In this document: in pieces, positions 18,301-27,451 of the stretch | Numbering within the stretch: position 1 is the first letter of the stretch | Layout: every line of letters begins with the position of its first letter | Assembly: GCA_965203465.1 (NCBI GenBank) | Contig: CBDBCR010000003.1 | Span: forward strand, 768,001-832,000 | DNA: 64,000 nucleotides | Direction of reading: 5' to 3' | DNA from: Nitrosopumilaceae archaeon | GTDB taxonomy: Archaea > Thermoproteota > Nitrososphaeria > Nitrososphaerales > Nitrosopumilaceae | Made by a program: the position numbers and the translations under genes | The notes under the pieces: generated by a model | The model's database searches: none | Told to the model about the DNA's origin: nothing | Seen by the model: the letters and a program-made list of their open reading frames with translations, nothing else

Positions 18301-21300
18301 GCGGATGCCTGGACCGAGACGACGGACGGCGGGATCTTGTCCGTTACGGGGAAGGTTCCGGCCTCCATCGATACGGACCGGTCGTCCTCTATCAGGCCGG
18401 TTGTCGCGTAGGATGCCGTCGTGCCGGTCGGGTCCGTGTCGGGCAGGTTGCCGTCCAGCGTGAGCACCAGCGCGCCCGTGAGGGACGAAAGGGAGGTGGT
18501 GGCTCTGACCTGCAGCGAGCCGGCGTCCGTGCCGCCCAGGGTCCACGCGGCGGCGGCCTGGGCGTCGGTGGCGGTGCTGCGCACCGGCCTGTCGAACGTA
18601 ATCTTTATTGAATTCACGGAGACGGCCTCGGCCGACGATACAGACGGCTTGCTCGTGTCCCTTTGGAGCACGATCAGGCCGGCGGAGTCGGACAGCACGG
18701 GCCTGCCCGAGGTGTCCTCTATTGCGTCCCACTGGTTGGTAAGCCTGACCGGCTCGTTCGATCTTGCGAACGCGAGCGCGGCCGAATCCACCGCGAAAGT
18801 GGCCGTCAGCGAGCTTGTCACCATGCTCGGCTGTAGCGTCGAAGAGACGCCGTTCCGGACATCCACCACCACGTACTGCGTCAGCGGCAGCGAGTTGCCA
18901 GAGCCCTCCAGGGCGAACCTGGACGGCTCGCCGCTCTGCAGCACCACCGTCTCGTTGAACCTCACGGACAGCAGAGACGACTGGTGGTCCAGCGCCGCCG
19001 AGCTTATGCGCGGCGGCGTCCTGTCCGGCTCCACGAAGGTAAGCGACGTGAACGGGACCGCCTCGTTGGGCTCCTGCACGTACTTTACGGCGCCCGCCTG
19101 AATCTCCAGCTGCAGGGCCTTGGACAGCAGGTCTTGGCGTATGCTCTCGTCCAGCCTTATCACGAGCCGCGCGCCGTCCAGCGAGTTCAATACCGACGAG
19201 GTTCCAGTCGAGCTGGACAGCGCGTGGAAGACGGTCGGCGCCGACTGCTCGGTCCCCGCCAGGACGAACTTTTCAAGGTCAACCTCGGAGACGTCGATTG
19301 GCCTGTCGAAGACGGCCACCAGCGCGCTCGGGCCCAAATACAGGCCCGCCTGCCTGAAGACGGGCTTTATCTCGGTCTTTGTTATCGTATTGTCCGCCGA
19401 GGCGGCGATGCCGCGCGAGGCCACGTTGGTGAACGCCGAGGCCGCAATGTCCAGCTCTGCCGAGGCTATGTTCATGACCGTGGTCTGGAGCGTCGGCGAC
19501 AGCCTTATGCGCACCTTTATGTCGTCGCTCTCGGTCAGTACCGTCGAGCCGGTCAGCGCGTGCTGGTTGGCCTGGCCGGTCTCCGAGATGTACACGTCGC
19601 CCAGCTTTGCGCTCGTGATGGCCGAGACGTCCATAATGTCGTCGAATTTGAGCTCGAGCACCGTGCCGCCCACCAATACGGCCGACTCCAGCAGCGGGTC
19701 GGTCGTGTCCGGTATCCCGCCTATCCGGAATATCCCGATGCCCTCGTTGGCAAAGGCCGGCTGCGTGCCGCGAGAGGCCACGGCGGCGTACACGTACCCG
19801 CCCGTCTCGAAGGCGGCCACGCCCTGGGGCCACACCAGCTTTATCTTGTCGATCGTCACGGCGTTGCCGGATGTGTCTTTGTGCGCGTTGGTGTACCAGT
19901 TGCGCAGATCCCCGTTCGTCGGGTTTGTCGGATCCGACAGGTTGGCAAGCTGTATGCCGTCGCATCCGTTGGTGGCCCTAAAGTTGGTGTGTCCCAAGCC
20001 GTTCTCGCAGGTGAACACCGCGTACGTAGAGCTGCCCAGCGTGAAGACGTCCACGCCGAAGGCGCCGCGCAGCTCCGTAAAGCTGCCGCCCGTATTCTGG
20101 TCCTGCTGGGCCGAGGCCCGCGTCGGATTCGTCGCGCTGCTCACGTTCAGCACTGTAAAGCCCGTATCGCCCGCATCGGCGCCCTTGCCGGCCCCGGTCG
20201 CCACCACGTACGGCGTGTCGTTCACCACGAACGACTTTATCCCTATCGCCCGGTCCAGGTACGTGTTGGCGTCGTCTGTAACCGTGCTCTGGTGCACCAA
20301 GTTGTTCGGATCCTCCACGTCTATGATTACCACGGCGTTGGCCCCCGGCGCGGCGACGGCCACGTGCGTCCTAGTGCCTATCTCGAACGCGTCTATCCCG
20401 TACGGGTTTCCGAGCGCGGCGACATCGCTCTTGGTTATGCTGCCCATCACGGCCGGGTTGACGGGATCCGTGATGTCGACCACCGAGACGGCCCCCTCCG
20501 TCCTAGCCGTGACCGCCGCGTACGTCTTGCCGTTGTCCGTATAGACCGTCACGCCCCTAACGAGCCCCAGGTTCAGGGTGGCGTCGTCCCGCACGCTGGA
20601 GGTCTGCACCGGGTTGGACGGGTTCGTGACTTCCAGTATGCGGAACCCCCCCTTGCCGCTCGCCAGTATGAGGTAGGTCTTTTCGTTGGCCCCCGATCCG
20701 AGCTTGAACGACTCCAGCTCGTACAGCTGCTTGAGCTCCGCGTCCTTGAACTCCGTCGTATAGTCTGACGAGACCGACGAGGCCGGCGTCGGCTCGAGCG
20801 GGTTGGTCACGTCGATGATCTGCACGCCCCCCTCCAGGGGGATCTGGGCCGTTCCCGTCCCGTACGCGGTCACGGCGATGTACGTCCTGCCGTCTATCTC
20901 AAAGTCCTCCACGAAGAGCGGCGTCTCGAGCGTGGAGAACCCCAGCGCCCCGTCCTGGATCACGCCCCTCGCTAGGAACGCCAGCGTGGTCGTGTCCGTA
21001 AACTCTATCATCTGCAGCGCGTCGTCGTCCTGCGCCGATATGGCCGCGTACGTCTTGCCGCCTACCGTGATCAGGTCGATGCCGGTGGCCCCCGCCAGCC
21101 CGCTGCACACGTTCCCTATGGAATCCGATTCCTCGTCGCGCGTGTCCGAGACGGCCCGCGGCGAGGCCGGGTTCGACAGGTCCACGAACTGCACGCCGTT
21201 GTCGTTCCACGCGGGCACGAACAGGTACGGCGTGCCGCCCAGCGACTCGATGTGCAGTCCCTGCGCGCCCGCGAGCGTGTTGAAGCCGCCCCGGTCGTCC

Positions 21301-22367
21301 GTCATCGTGGCCACGATGTTCGGGCTGGCCGGGGTGCTCAGGTCTATCACGTGCACCACGGTCTTTTCCCCCGAAGATGCCGAGACCACCGCGTACGGCT
21401 TGCCGCCGATGGTCGTCGTCACCACGTCTTTGGGCTCCGATATGGACTGCGCCCACGTGTTGGACGAGAACACCAGCGACGGAGAGGACGGGTTGGCCAG
21501 GCTCACTATCTGCAAGTTGCCGTCGTGGTCGGCGTCGAGCGTTTTGTTGGTCAGCTCGCCGTTGACGGCCACCACCGCGTGCTTTACGGCGTTGATCTCG
21601 ATGACGTCGATCGCGTTGCGGTACCCCTCCAAGCTGGACAGCCACGTCCCGTCGGACTGCCAGACGAACGACGGCGAGGCCGGCGTCGATACGTCTATCA
21701 CGGTCAGGCCGCCCGGCAGCAAATTCCCAAAGTCGCCCGCCGATATGGCGTACGTGTTGTTGCCCGACGAAAAGACCGCGCTCGAATACGCCCCTCCCAG
21801 GTGGTCGTATTTCGTGTCCGTGTTCGGATCAGAGTCCACGTCGGTGCCCTGCCCCACGAAAGAGACGAACGCGGGCGCCGTCGGATCCGTAATATCTACC
21901 AGCTGCAGGCCGGAGCCGCGCGCGCTGCTTGCCGAGGCGGGCGCTTTTTCGGTGGGAGAGAAGAAGCCCAGCCCCAGGCGCCCGGGCGAGGTGACTAGCA
22001 TGTATTTTTTGCTGTCGCCCGTCACGCTGAACGACTCTATGTGGGTGGGGTCGTAAAGCCCCCACTCGTTGGCGTTGCCCGCGTCGTTGTTGCGCTGCTC
22101 CCAGACGATGTCCATCTCGTCCTGATCCGTGATGTCAAAGACGCCCAGCGCGTTGTCGCCAGAGGCCGTCGCGATCGCGTAGATTTTGCCGTTGTGCTCG
22201 ACCAGCAGCACGTCCTCCGGGGACCCCAGATAGTGTATGGTGCCCTCGTCGTCGTCGATGTCGGCCACGTACCGGAACGCAGGGCCGGTGTCGAACGTCT
22301 GGGCCGTCGCTGCCGGCACAAACGCCACGGAGACGGCGGCCAGCGCCATTATAATGCCAATCTTCAA
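15381..22367 (-). CDS. Giant secreted surface protein (2328 aa): LVIVD-like propeller repeats, Ig-like domains, CFI-box-CTERM
   Basis: Signal peptide; many (V/L)QxxDxSxPxxP repeats; DTTPP/DRIPP Ig-like junctions; Gly- and Pro-rich linkers; GGGCLIATAVYGTEMAPQVQALRELRD followed by a TM helix. Confidence 0.85.
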   Translation of the reverse strand: MKIGIIMALAAVSVAFVPAATAQTFDTGPAFRYVADIDDDEGTIHYLGSPEDVLLVEHNGKIYAIATASGDNALGVFDITDQDEMDIVWEQRNNDAGNANEWGLYDPTHIESFSVTGDSKKYMLVTSPGRLGLGFFSPTEKAPASASSARGSGLQLVDITDPTAPAFVSFVGQGTDVDSDPNTDTKYDHLGGAYSSAVFSSGNNTYAISAGDFGNLLPGGLTVIDVSTPASPSFVWQSDGTWLSSLEGYRNAIDVIEINAVKHAVVAVNGELTNKTLDADHDGNLQIVSLANPSSPSLVFSSNTWAQSISEPKDVVTTTIGGKPYAVVSASSGEKTVVHVIDLSTPASPNIVATMTDDRGGFNTLAGAQGLHIESLGGTPYLFVPAWNDNGVQFVDLSNPASPRAVSDTRDEESDSIGNVCSGLAGATGIDLITVGGKTYAAISAQDDDALQMIEFTDTTTLAFLARGVIQDGALGFSTLETPLFVEDFEIDGRTYIAVTAYGTGTAQIPLEGGVQIIDVTNPLEPTPASSVSSDYTTEFKDAELKQLYELESFKLGSGANEKTYLILASGKGGFRILEVTNPSNPVQTSSVRDDATLNLGLVRGVTVYTDNGKTYAAVTARTEGAVSVVDITDPVNPAVMGSITKSDVAALGNPYGIDAFEIGTRTHVAVAAPGANAVVIIDVEDPNNLVHQSTVTDDANTYLDRAIGIKSFVVNDTPYVVATGAGKGADAGDTGFTVLNVSSATNPTRASAQQDQNTGGSFTELRGAFGVDVFTLGSSTYAVFTCENGLGHTNFRATNGCDGIQLANLSDPTNPTNGDLRNWYTNAHKDTSGNAVTIDKIKLVWPQGVAAFETGGYVYAAVASRGTQPAFANEGIGIFRIGGIPDTTDPLLESAVLVGGTVLELKFDDIMDVSAITSAKLGDVYISETGQANQHALTGSTVLTESDDIKVRIRLSPTLQTTVMNIASAELDIAASAFTNVASRGIAASADNTITKTEIKPVFRQAGLYLGPSALVAVFDRPIDVSEVDLEKFVLAGTEQSAPTVFHALSSSTGTSSVLNSLDGARLVIRLDESIRQDLLSKALQLEIQAGAVKYVQEPNEAVPFTSLTFVEPDRTPPRISSAALDHQSSLLSVRFNETVVLQSGEPSRFALEGSGNSLPLTQYVVVDVRNGVSSTLQPSMVTSSLTATFAVDSAALAFARSNEPVRLTNQWDAIEDTSGRPVLSDSAGLIVLQRDTSKPSVSSAEAVSVNSIKITFDRPVRSTATDAQAAAAWTLGGTDAGSLQVRATTSLSSLTGALVLTLDGNLPDTDPTGTTASYATTGLIEDDRSVSMEAGTFPVTDKIPPSVVSVQASARNQLTVAFSEGAKLLHAGNAPFGWSITGDPAAVSSYGGISETGLSSTATLRLTQNLASLDPQITVAYSGGNIGDDAGNALADFTGPASDRIPPPAPSVNSLPALTNSASLAVSGTAAPGSTVRLVLGGTAGPSATADASGDWSAQLTLAEGSNSVSARALDAAGNASADSAAQTVVLDTMPPAPPVISTARALISSSTHAVSGTAEDGSLVTVTGRVSTGSATTVHSTKTATAAAGAWSVTLDISEGLNSVTATATDPASNESRPSAELYVRKDTTPPSLVSAEIKNRNTITALFSEPVTAEASSSTLVWTLSGASAGARTVSGHPAVTGSPSVDLVASSPLDLSARDLVLEYDSGQFAAGFADRIGLKLASATVAVQGLSMHLFDAVGPSDSYRMDVSFAPAAPVDLTRQLYSAITLRGDSALVLSSLTFPDRPVAVDSADERAPAVYFAPRTALVGAAENIRIELSAPTTRPAPDVDISSYGAQYALSDAVVWQVGDPARDLAFDRPVRIALGEGAIGTGTVVFSIDTAGAVRLIPACSAAGTWQSADAFISALDADASVHDNLACFSDPLDSIWTKHFSQFGTATLERVPAPTPAPAPAPRQPAYTGGGGGGGGGGGGGSSVSGTTLDRSGADAVYIRSASWDCDTRLITVVAGPAVGSLDVTVRMPVAGLVRMTPSGDAPGYGVFTAPFDSSEYYARISATLVSARTIVSDAESINIDSCTGTRTFEVPAPPAAATLTPAAPEPAPQQEPAAEPKPAEPAREAPAEPAPPAPEPRAPITQEPAAQEPVTQEPAVQELVCGPGTFLSEGGTCEPVRADDGGGCLIATAVYGTEMAPQVQALRELRDGTVDSTGAGAAFLSGFNQLYYAFSPAVADLERQSPAFKELVRASLQPLLWSLGAMSLAEPGSEEQVALLGSLVILFNAALLGSPAAAVVAYRRLARAHSRGRENSASSTHQTGTGRNLPRPAE

Positions 22368-22849
22368 AGGTCACACCCCCCCCCCCAGCCTAGGTGCGGG
22401 CATGATACGCGCTCAGCAAGCTCGTCCACGGGCAGTTTCCTCGATTGGGCATATAAATATCAGATCTCGGGCTGTTGCCCGCCGGCGGCGCTACCGCATG
22501 CCAAAGTCCGGCCCCGCCCGATCGCCTCGCGCCGTTGCACGGCGCTGTAAGGGCGGCCCGGCGTCAGCCTCCGCGCCGCTACGAAAAAACCCGCGCCGGT
22601 TCAATCGCGCGCCGCCGCCTGCGCCGAGCCCTGCAGGCGGCGTTCAGCTGCGCGCAAAATCGGTCGCGCGCACCAAAAGCGCGTGCTCTGACGCTGCCGC
22701 CCGCAGTATCTTCGCGCGGCGCGGTTTCCGGAGGATCCGCCCGGAACGTGCTCTCCGAGGGGCGCCCGGCGTCCCCGTCTATGAGACCCGCGTCCCTCGC
22801 CGCGCCAGACCGACGCCGCCGCGTCGCCTGCGGATGTTTTGCCCGCCAT

Positions 22850-23743
22850 GTGATCCCGCATGTGTCCGGCAAGCAGCAGGGCGAGCAGGACGTTAGTTGT
22901 GTGATCTGTTTTTTTGTACGGTTTTTTCTTGGATACGAATGTGCCGGCAAAGTCGCTGCGGTTTTTTGCGTCCGTGCGCGTGATGGTGACCGCGTTGCCT
23001 AGATCCAGCATGCGGCCGACGGACTCTGCGATGTCGGCTATGATCTAGCCCGGACTGTATCTGCCGTTGTCGAATTTGCCCGCCTTCATCGCGGTAAGTT
23101 TGGGAAACGCGCCGAACGCTTCTGCGATGTCGTTCATGGTAGATCCCCGGATCAGCAGCCCTGTGTCATGGGCCTGCTTGGCAACCTCTATCTGGCGGTT
23201 GCTCCGAAGGCCCACGGTGCCCAGCGCCGAGGCCGTAAGCTTGTCGCCCAACAGCCATCCGCGCGTCAGGATGCGCATGTCCGCCGGCGTCGCAAAGTCG
23301 AGCACCTCGTAGCCGGCCTTGACGGTTCTTGAGCCCATTGCAATCTCGGCATCGCAGAAAAAATCCACCTTGACGTGCGTTCTGTTTCCGAAACAAGAAT
23401 CAAAGAACGCCTTGTAAGATACCAAGTTCTTGAGCGGGTATGGTTTTTTGGGTTCGTGCAGTTCGAATGATATCTCTTCCGGCATCCAGCCGTCCCCCCG
23501 CATGGCAGCGTCTACCGCCGCTACGGGCAACGTGGCGGCAAGATCCACATCCAAGCTCACCCGGCCCGCCCGCATAGAACGACATGCACAGGCCCCCTCT
23601 TGTGACGCAGTCGAGCCGGCCGGCTATGTGGCTCCAACTAAGTCCATCACGAATTTTTCGACCATGTCGCCGTGTGCGAACTTGTACGCGTCGGTCATTG
23701 CCGCGATGGCTCCCTTTTCTAGCGAGCGTGCAAGACGCAACAC
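22850..23743 (-). pseudogene. AbiEii-like nucleotidyltransferase toxin, disrupted (3' end approximate)
   Basis: Three frames join to ...DMVEKFVMD / HIAGRLDCVTRGGLCMSFY / RVSLDVDL...LLGDKLTA...EVAKQAHD. An in-frame TAG at 23045-23047 is followed by in-frame continuation. Confidence 0.65.
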
Positions 23744-23744
23744 G

Positions 23745-25640
23745 TCAGGCGCCCCCCATGTACGATTCTATCTTGGAAAACCCCGCCCTCTTTGCAAGGG
23801 ACCTTATCCTGTCCGGATCCGCCAGGCCCCGATCCACGAGATCCTCCAGAACGCCGTCCAGCTCGTCCCGGTACATGGTGACCCCGTTCCTGACCACCTC
23901 TAGGCACAGGTCAAACCACGCCCTGTCCGGAAGCGCCCACGTGGAAGCGATCCTCCCCGCGCCCTCCCTGACCGCCACGAGCCTGCGCGTCTTGGCGAGA
24001 TCGAGCACCGTCCTGATCTGGTGCGGCTTTGGGTTGAGCACGGCGTCGAACTCGTCCTCGATCTCTTCGAGCAGCGCCTGGCCCGCGCCCCGCGCGGTCC
24101 TGACCGTGTACACGGCCTGCCTGTAGCCCTTGCTCAAAAACGACGACAGGGTGCTGATGCCGGTGAACTGGAACTTGCGGTCAAACCCGGCCACCAGCCG
24201 GTCGTGCAGCCCTACGAGCTCGTCCGCTAGAGCATAGTCTGGAATGCGATCCGGCACCGTGTGGACGCCGTCGCCGTGCGCCTTGTTTCGGAGCGACGCG
24301 TGCATGAATCTTGTCCATCTCTTGTTGCGCTCCGCAAGGAACGACTCGGCGTCCGGCGGCCCCGACGCAAGAAGCTCCGCCTCTATGCCTATCCAGCCCA
24401 GCAGGAAGAGGGGGTTTCTAAACGCCTCGAAGGCGCGGCTGTCTCTGCGTATGGTTATCGAGGCCTTGTCTGGGGAGGCGCGCATGCTGTATATCCCGTC
24501 GGGGCCGTCTTCGAACCCGACTTTCATATCGAATCCGTTTCTGGACGCCGAAAACCCGTCGGCGCCTGCCATGAGCTTCCGGGCCGGCTCTGCGGACATC
24601 CTGGCCCCGAACGGGCCCGGATTGGGCCCGAAGGCGCTGCTGACGTCGTGATCCTCCGGCGCGCCGCGCAGGCAGGCGCGCAGCACCGCGAGCACGGATT
24701 CGTCGTTTTTGAAGCTTTCCACGGCCCGGACGTACTCGGGCGACTCTTCTATAAAGCCGGTCTTGTGAAAATTTACCGGCACGTGATCCAGCGACACGCT
24801 CCCGATTATTCCGGACACGGCAGGGTGGCGGCGTACGCCGAACTTGTCGAACGCCCTGATCAACCTCCCCCTCCAGTACAGGTGTATCCCGTAGTCCCCC
24901 TTTACGGACCTTTTTTGCAGCATGCCGACCCAGCCGGTTATTCTGTCGTTTCCGCCGAGGGATATCGATACTTCGCGCCTGGTGCCCTCTTGTATGGCCG
25001 GCGTTGCCGGAACGCACTTGCGCGAGTTTATGTGTATGTGCGTACGGCCATCGGCGAGGTGCGGTCCGTACCGCACGCCGAACCGCTTGGCAAAGATCGA
25101 CACCTGGTTGGGGTACAGGGGGACTCTCGTCTTGGCGATCTCTACGGTCGTGCCGTGCCTGCTCTCGGACGTCATTCCTTCGGTGATCGCAAAGTTGCGC
25201 CATCCCGACGAGCCGTCTTTGAGCCACTCGTCCTCGTCGTATCTTGCCACAAACTCCCTTTCAGATCCCGCGGCCGTGGTGGTAACTGCAAACGCCGCGC
25301 CTAGGCTGGAGCAGGAGCTCTTCATGCCGATCCCGAATTTGCCCAGGCCCTCGCCCGAATGTTTGGCTATCGTCAGCGCGTCGATCAGGTCGTCGTAGCC
25401 CATGCCGCGCCCGTCGTCGCTTACCGTGATCTTTTTTTCCGCAAAATCGAGCCTCACCTGTACCCGCACGCTGCCGGCCCGCGCGTCGATCGAGTTGTCC
25501 ACCAGTTCTGCCACCGCCTGCTCTGTACGGTACCCGGTCATGCCCAGCTTGCTGATCAGGCTCTTGTCGGGCGTAATGTCCACCTCATGGCGCCTGAGCT
25601 GCTGCCTGCCTGCCGGACCTGCAGCATTGTGGTGTTCCAC
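23745..25640 (-). CDS. MORC-type GHKL ATPase (+S5 domain) with AbiEi-like C-terminal region
   Basis: AELVDNSIDA, DDGRGM, GKFGIGMK and HGTTVEI (GHKL); GIHLYWRGRLI...VNFHKTGF (MORC S5); C-terminal WALPDRAWFDL resembles the AbiEi T/S-PE(R/K)A..D motif. Confidence 0.8.
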   Translation of the reverse strand: MEHHNAAGPAGRQQLRRHEVDITPDKSLISKLGMTGYRTEQAVAELVDNSIDARAGSVRVQVRLDFAEKKITVSDDGRGMGYDDLIDALTIAKHSGEGLGKFGIGMKSSCSSLGAAFAVTTTAAGSEREFVARYDEDEWLKDGSSGWRNFAITEGMTSESRHGTTVEIAKTRVPLYPNQVSIFAKRFGVRYGPHLADGRTHIHINSRKCVPATPAIQEGTRREVSISLGGNDRITGWVGMLQKRSVKGDYGIHLYWRGRLIRAFDKFGVRRHPAVSGIIGSVSLDHVPVNFHKTGFIEESPEYVRAVESFKNDESVLAVLRACLRGAPEDHDVSSAFGPNPGPFGARMSAEPARKLMAGADGFSASRNGFDMKVGFEDGPDGIYSMRASPDKASITIRRDSRAFEAFRNPLFLLGWIGIEAELLASGPPDAESFLAERNKRWTRFMHASLRNKAHGDGVHTVPDRIPDYALADELVGLHDRLVAGFDRKFQFTGISTLSSFLSKGYRQAVYTVRTARGAGQALLEEIEDEFDAVLNPKPHQIRTVLDLAKTRRLVAVREGAGRIASTWALPDRAWFDLCLEVVRNGVTMYRDELDGVLEDLVDRGLADPDRIRSLAKRAGFSKIESYMGGA

Positions 25641-25900
25641 GACGTGTAAACGGGGTGTTTTTATTTAGGTTTTTCACACCGCGTTTTCCGTGTGTAGTTT
25701 TGGACTGTTTCTATAACATTTTTTGTTCGTTATAACGAATTTCAGCGCCTGCCGCCCACGTCGGGGCAGTCCGGCCCGCCGGAGGCTCCCGCCGGGCAGG
25801 TACGGTGCCCGGCCGCGCGATCGGCGCCGAGGCGCGCCTGCCCGCCTCTTGTATCGAAATTAGGTCCGCCTAAGTTCGAGCGGCCGGCTGCTTGCGCTCC

Positions 25901-26446
25901 TCATCCGGCGGCTTCGGCCCGGCACCCGGTCCACGCCTGGTCTGCAAACTCGGATTCCGAGCAGAACCGCGTGTACTGGCCCGAATGGCCCTCGCGTATT
26001 AGCAGCTCGTTGATGCTCGGCATCTGCGGCCCGTCGCAGTACACCAGGCTCAGGTGGCGCCCGAACCTGTCCGTCGGCTGCGGGTCGTTCTGGTCGTAGG
26101 CCACCTGCCTGTCCAGGCACCTCTCCTTGACAAAGTCGGTCGCCTCGTCAAAGCCCGGCTCGCCGCGCTCGGGCGTGTCCACCAGGACCAGGCGGTGGCT
26201 CTGGCCGTCCAGGTGGACTGTGTCGCCGTCTACCACCCGGGTGACCGTCGCCTGCAGCACGTCGTCCCCGGCGGGCGGGCCGGCCGGCCCGCCGTCCAGG
26301 ACCAAGCTCGCCCCCGCGGCCGCGGCGGCCCCCACGGCCAGGCCGGCCGCGAACGCCGCGGCCAGCCGGAACCTTGCCACGCGGCGCGCGGCCCTGCGCC
26401 GCGTTAAATACGCGCGGATCGGCCTTTCGGGCGGGAAAATCTGCAA
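25901..26446 (-). CDS. Membrane-anchored thermonuclease (SNase-like)
   Basis: VTRVVDGDT, RLVLVDTPE, DRFGRHL and INELLIREG motifs, with an N-terminal TM segment. True start probably ~26380. Confidence 0.88.
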   Translation of the reverse strand: MQIFPPERPIRAYLTRRRAARRVARFRLAAAFAAGLAVGAAAAAGASLVLDGGPAGPPAGDDVLQATVTRVVDGDTVHLDGQSHRLVLVDTPERGEPGFDEATDFVKERCLDRQVAYDQNDPQPTDRFGRHLSLVYCDGPQMPSINELLIREGHSGQYTRFCSESEFADQAWTGCRAEAAG

Positions 26447-26480
26447 AGGGTTTTAAGCTCAGCTCTGTTCCGGCGGGCAG

Positions 26481-26556
26481 GCTCCCATGGTGTAGTCCGG
26501 CCAAGCATACTGCCCTTTCAAGGCAGTGATCTCGGGTTCGAATCCCGATGGGAGCA
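26481..26556 (+). tRNA. tRNA-Glu(TTC)
   Basis: GCTCCCA/TGGGAGC acceptor; CTGCC-CTTTCAA-GGCAG anticodon arm; TTCGAAT T-loop; upstream TTTAAG. Confidence 0.95.
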
Positions 26557-26599
26557 CAGTCAAGGTTTAATTACGCGCGGAGCGCATCAGCGCACGCGC

Positions 26600-27451
26600 T
26601 TGGATCGCAAGAACGCAGAGGCCGTGCCCCTCTTCGACTCGTACTCTGAATACGTCGGGAGGATAAACGGCGCGCTGTCCCGCGAGCTGGAGCTGTACTC
26701 CGAATCCGAGTTCGTCGGGCCGCTGAGGTACGCCCTAGAGGGCGGCAAGCGCGTCAGGCCCGTCATACTCGTGCTGTCGGCCGAGGCCGCCGGCGTGGCG
26801 GACGAGAACGCGTACGCGGCCTCGTGCGCCGTCGAGTTCCTCCACATGGAATCGATAATACACGACGACATCATAGACAAGGAGACGCGGCGCAGGAGGC
26901 GCGATCCGTTCCACGTCAGGTACGGCTACAACACCAGCATACTGACCGGCGACTTCGTCCTGGGCCTGATACTGGCCGTCTCGTCGCGCCTCAACAACGC
27001 CCGCATAACCAAGGATCTGGCCACCACGGCGATGCTGATGAGCGAGGGCGAGATGATAGAGGCCAGGCTCGAGGAGAGCGGCGACGCCACGTTCGACGAC
27101 TATATCAAGACGGCCGAGTACAAGACCGCTACGGCCTTCGAGGTCTCGGCGCGCGTGGGGGCCGTCCTGGGCGGCGGCGCCGAGGAGCAGATAGGCGCGC
27201 TGACCGAGTACGGCCGCAACATAGGCATCGCCTACCAGATACGCGACGACCTGCACGACTGGCAGAACGAGGACAAGCTCTTCAACCAGCTGATCAAAAA
27301 GAGCTCCGATCCGCGCAGGGTCTTCGACCGCATGGAAGAGCTGCTCTCGGACTATTCGGGCATGGCGCGCGCCGCGCTGCGCCGAGTGCGCGACTGCCCG
27401 GCAAAGTCCAACCTCGAGAGCCTCATAGAGTTCACCTCGTTCAAGGCATGA
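26600..27451 (+). CDS. Polyprenyl (geranylgeranyl) diphosphate synthase
   Basis: GGKRVRP, HDDIID...RR, KTA and AYQIRDDLHD motifs. Confidence 0.92.
   Translation: MDRKNAEAVPLFDSYSEYVGRINGALSRELELYSESEFVGPLRYALEGGKRVRPVILVLSAEAAGVADENAYAASCAVEFLHMESIIHDDIIDKETRRRRRDPFHVRYGYNTSILTGDFVLGLILAVSSRLNNARITKDLATTAMLMSEGEMIEARLEESGDATFDDYIKTAEYKTATAFEVSARVGAVLGGGAEEQIGALTEYGRNIGIAYQIRDDLHDWQNEDKLFNQLIKKSSDPRRVFDRMEELLSDYSGMARAALRRVRDCPAKSNLESLIEFTSFKA

Noticed and set aside
15445-18732. 1095-aa alternative-frame ORF and many other long Arg/Gly/Ala/Pro-rich overlapping ORFs
   Set aside because: These are shadow ORFs expected in high-GC DNA. They have no motifs and overlap well-supported genes.
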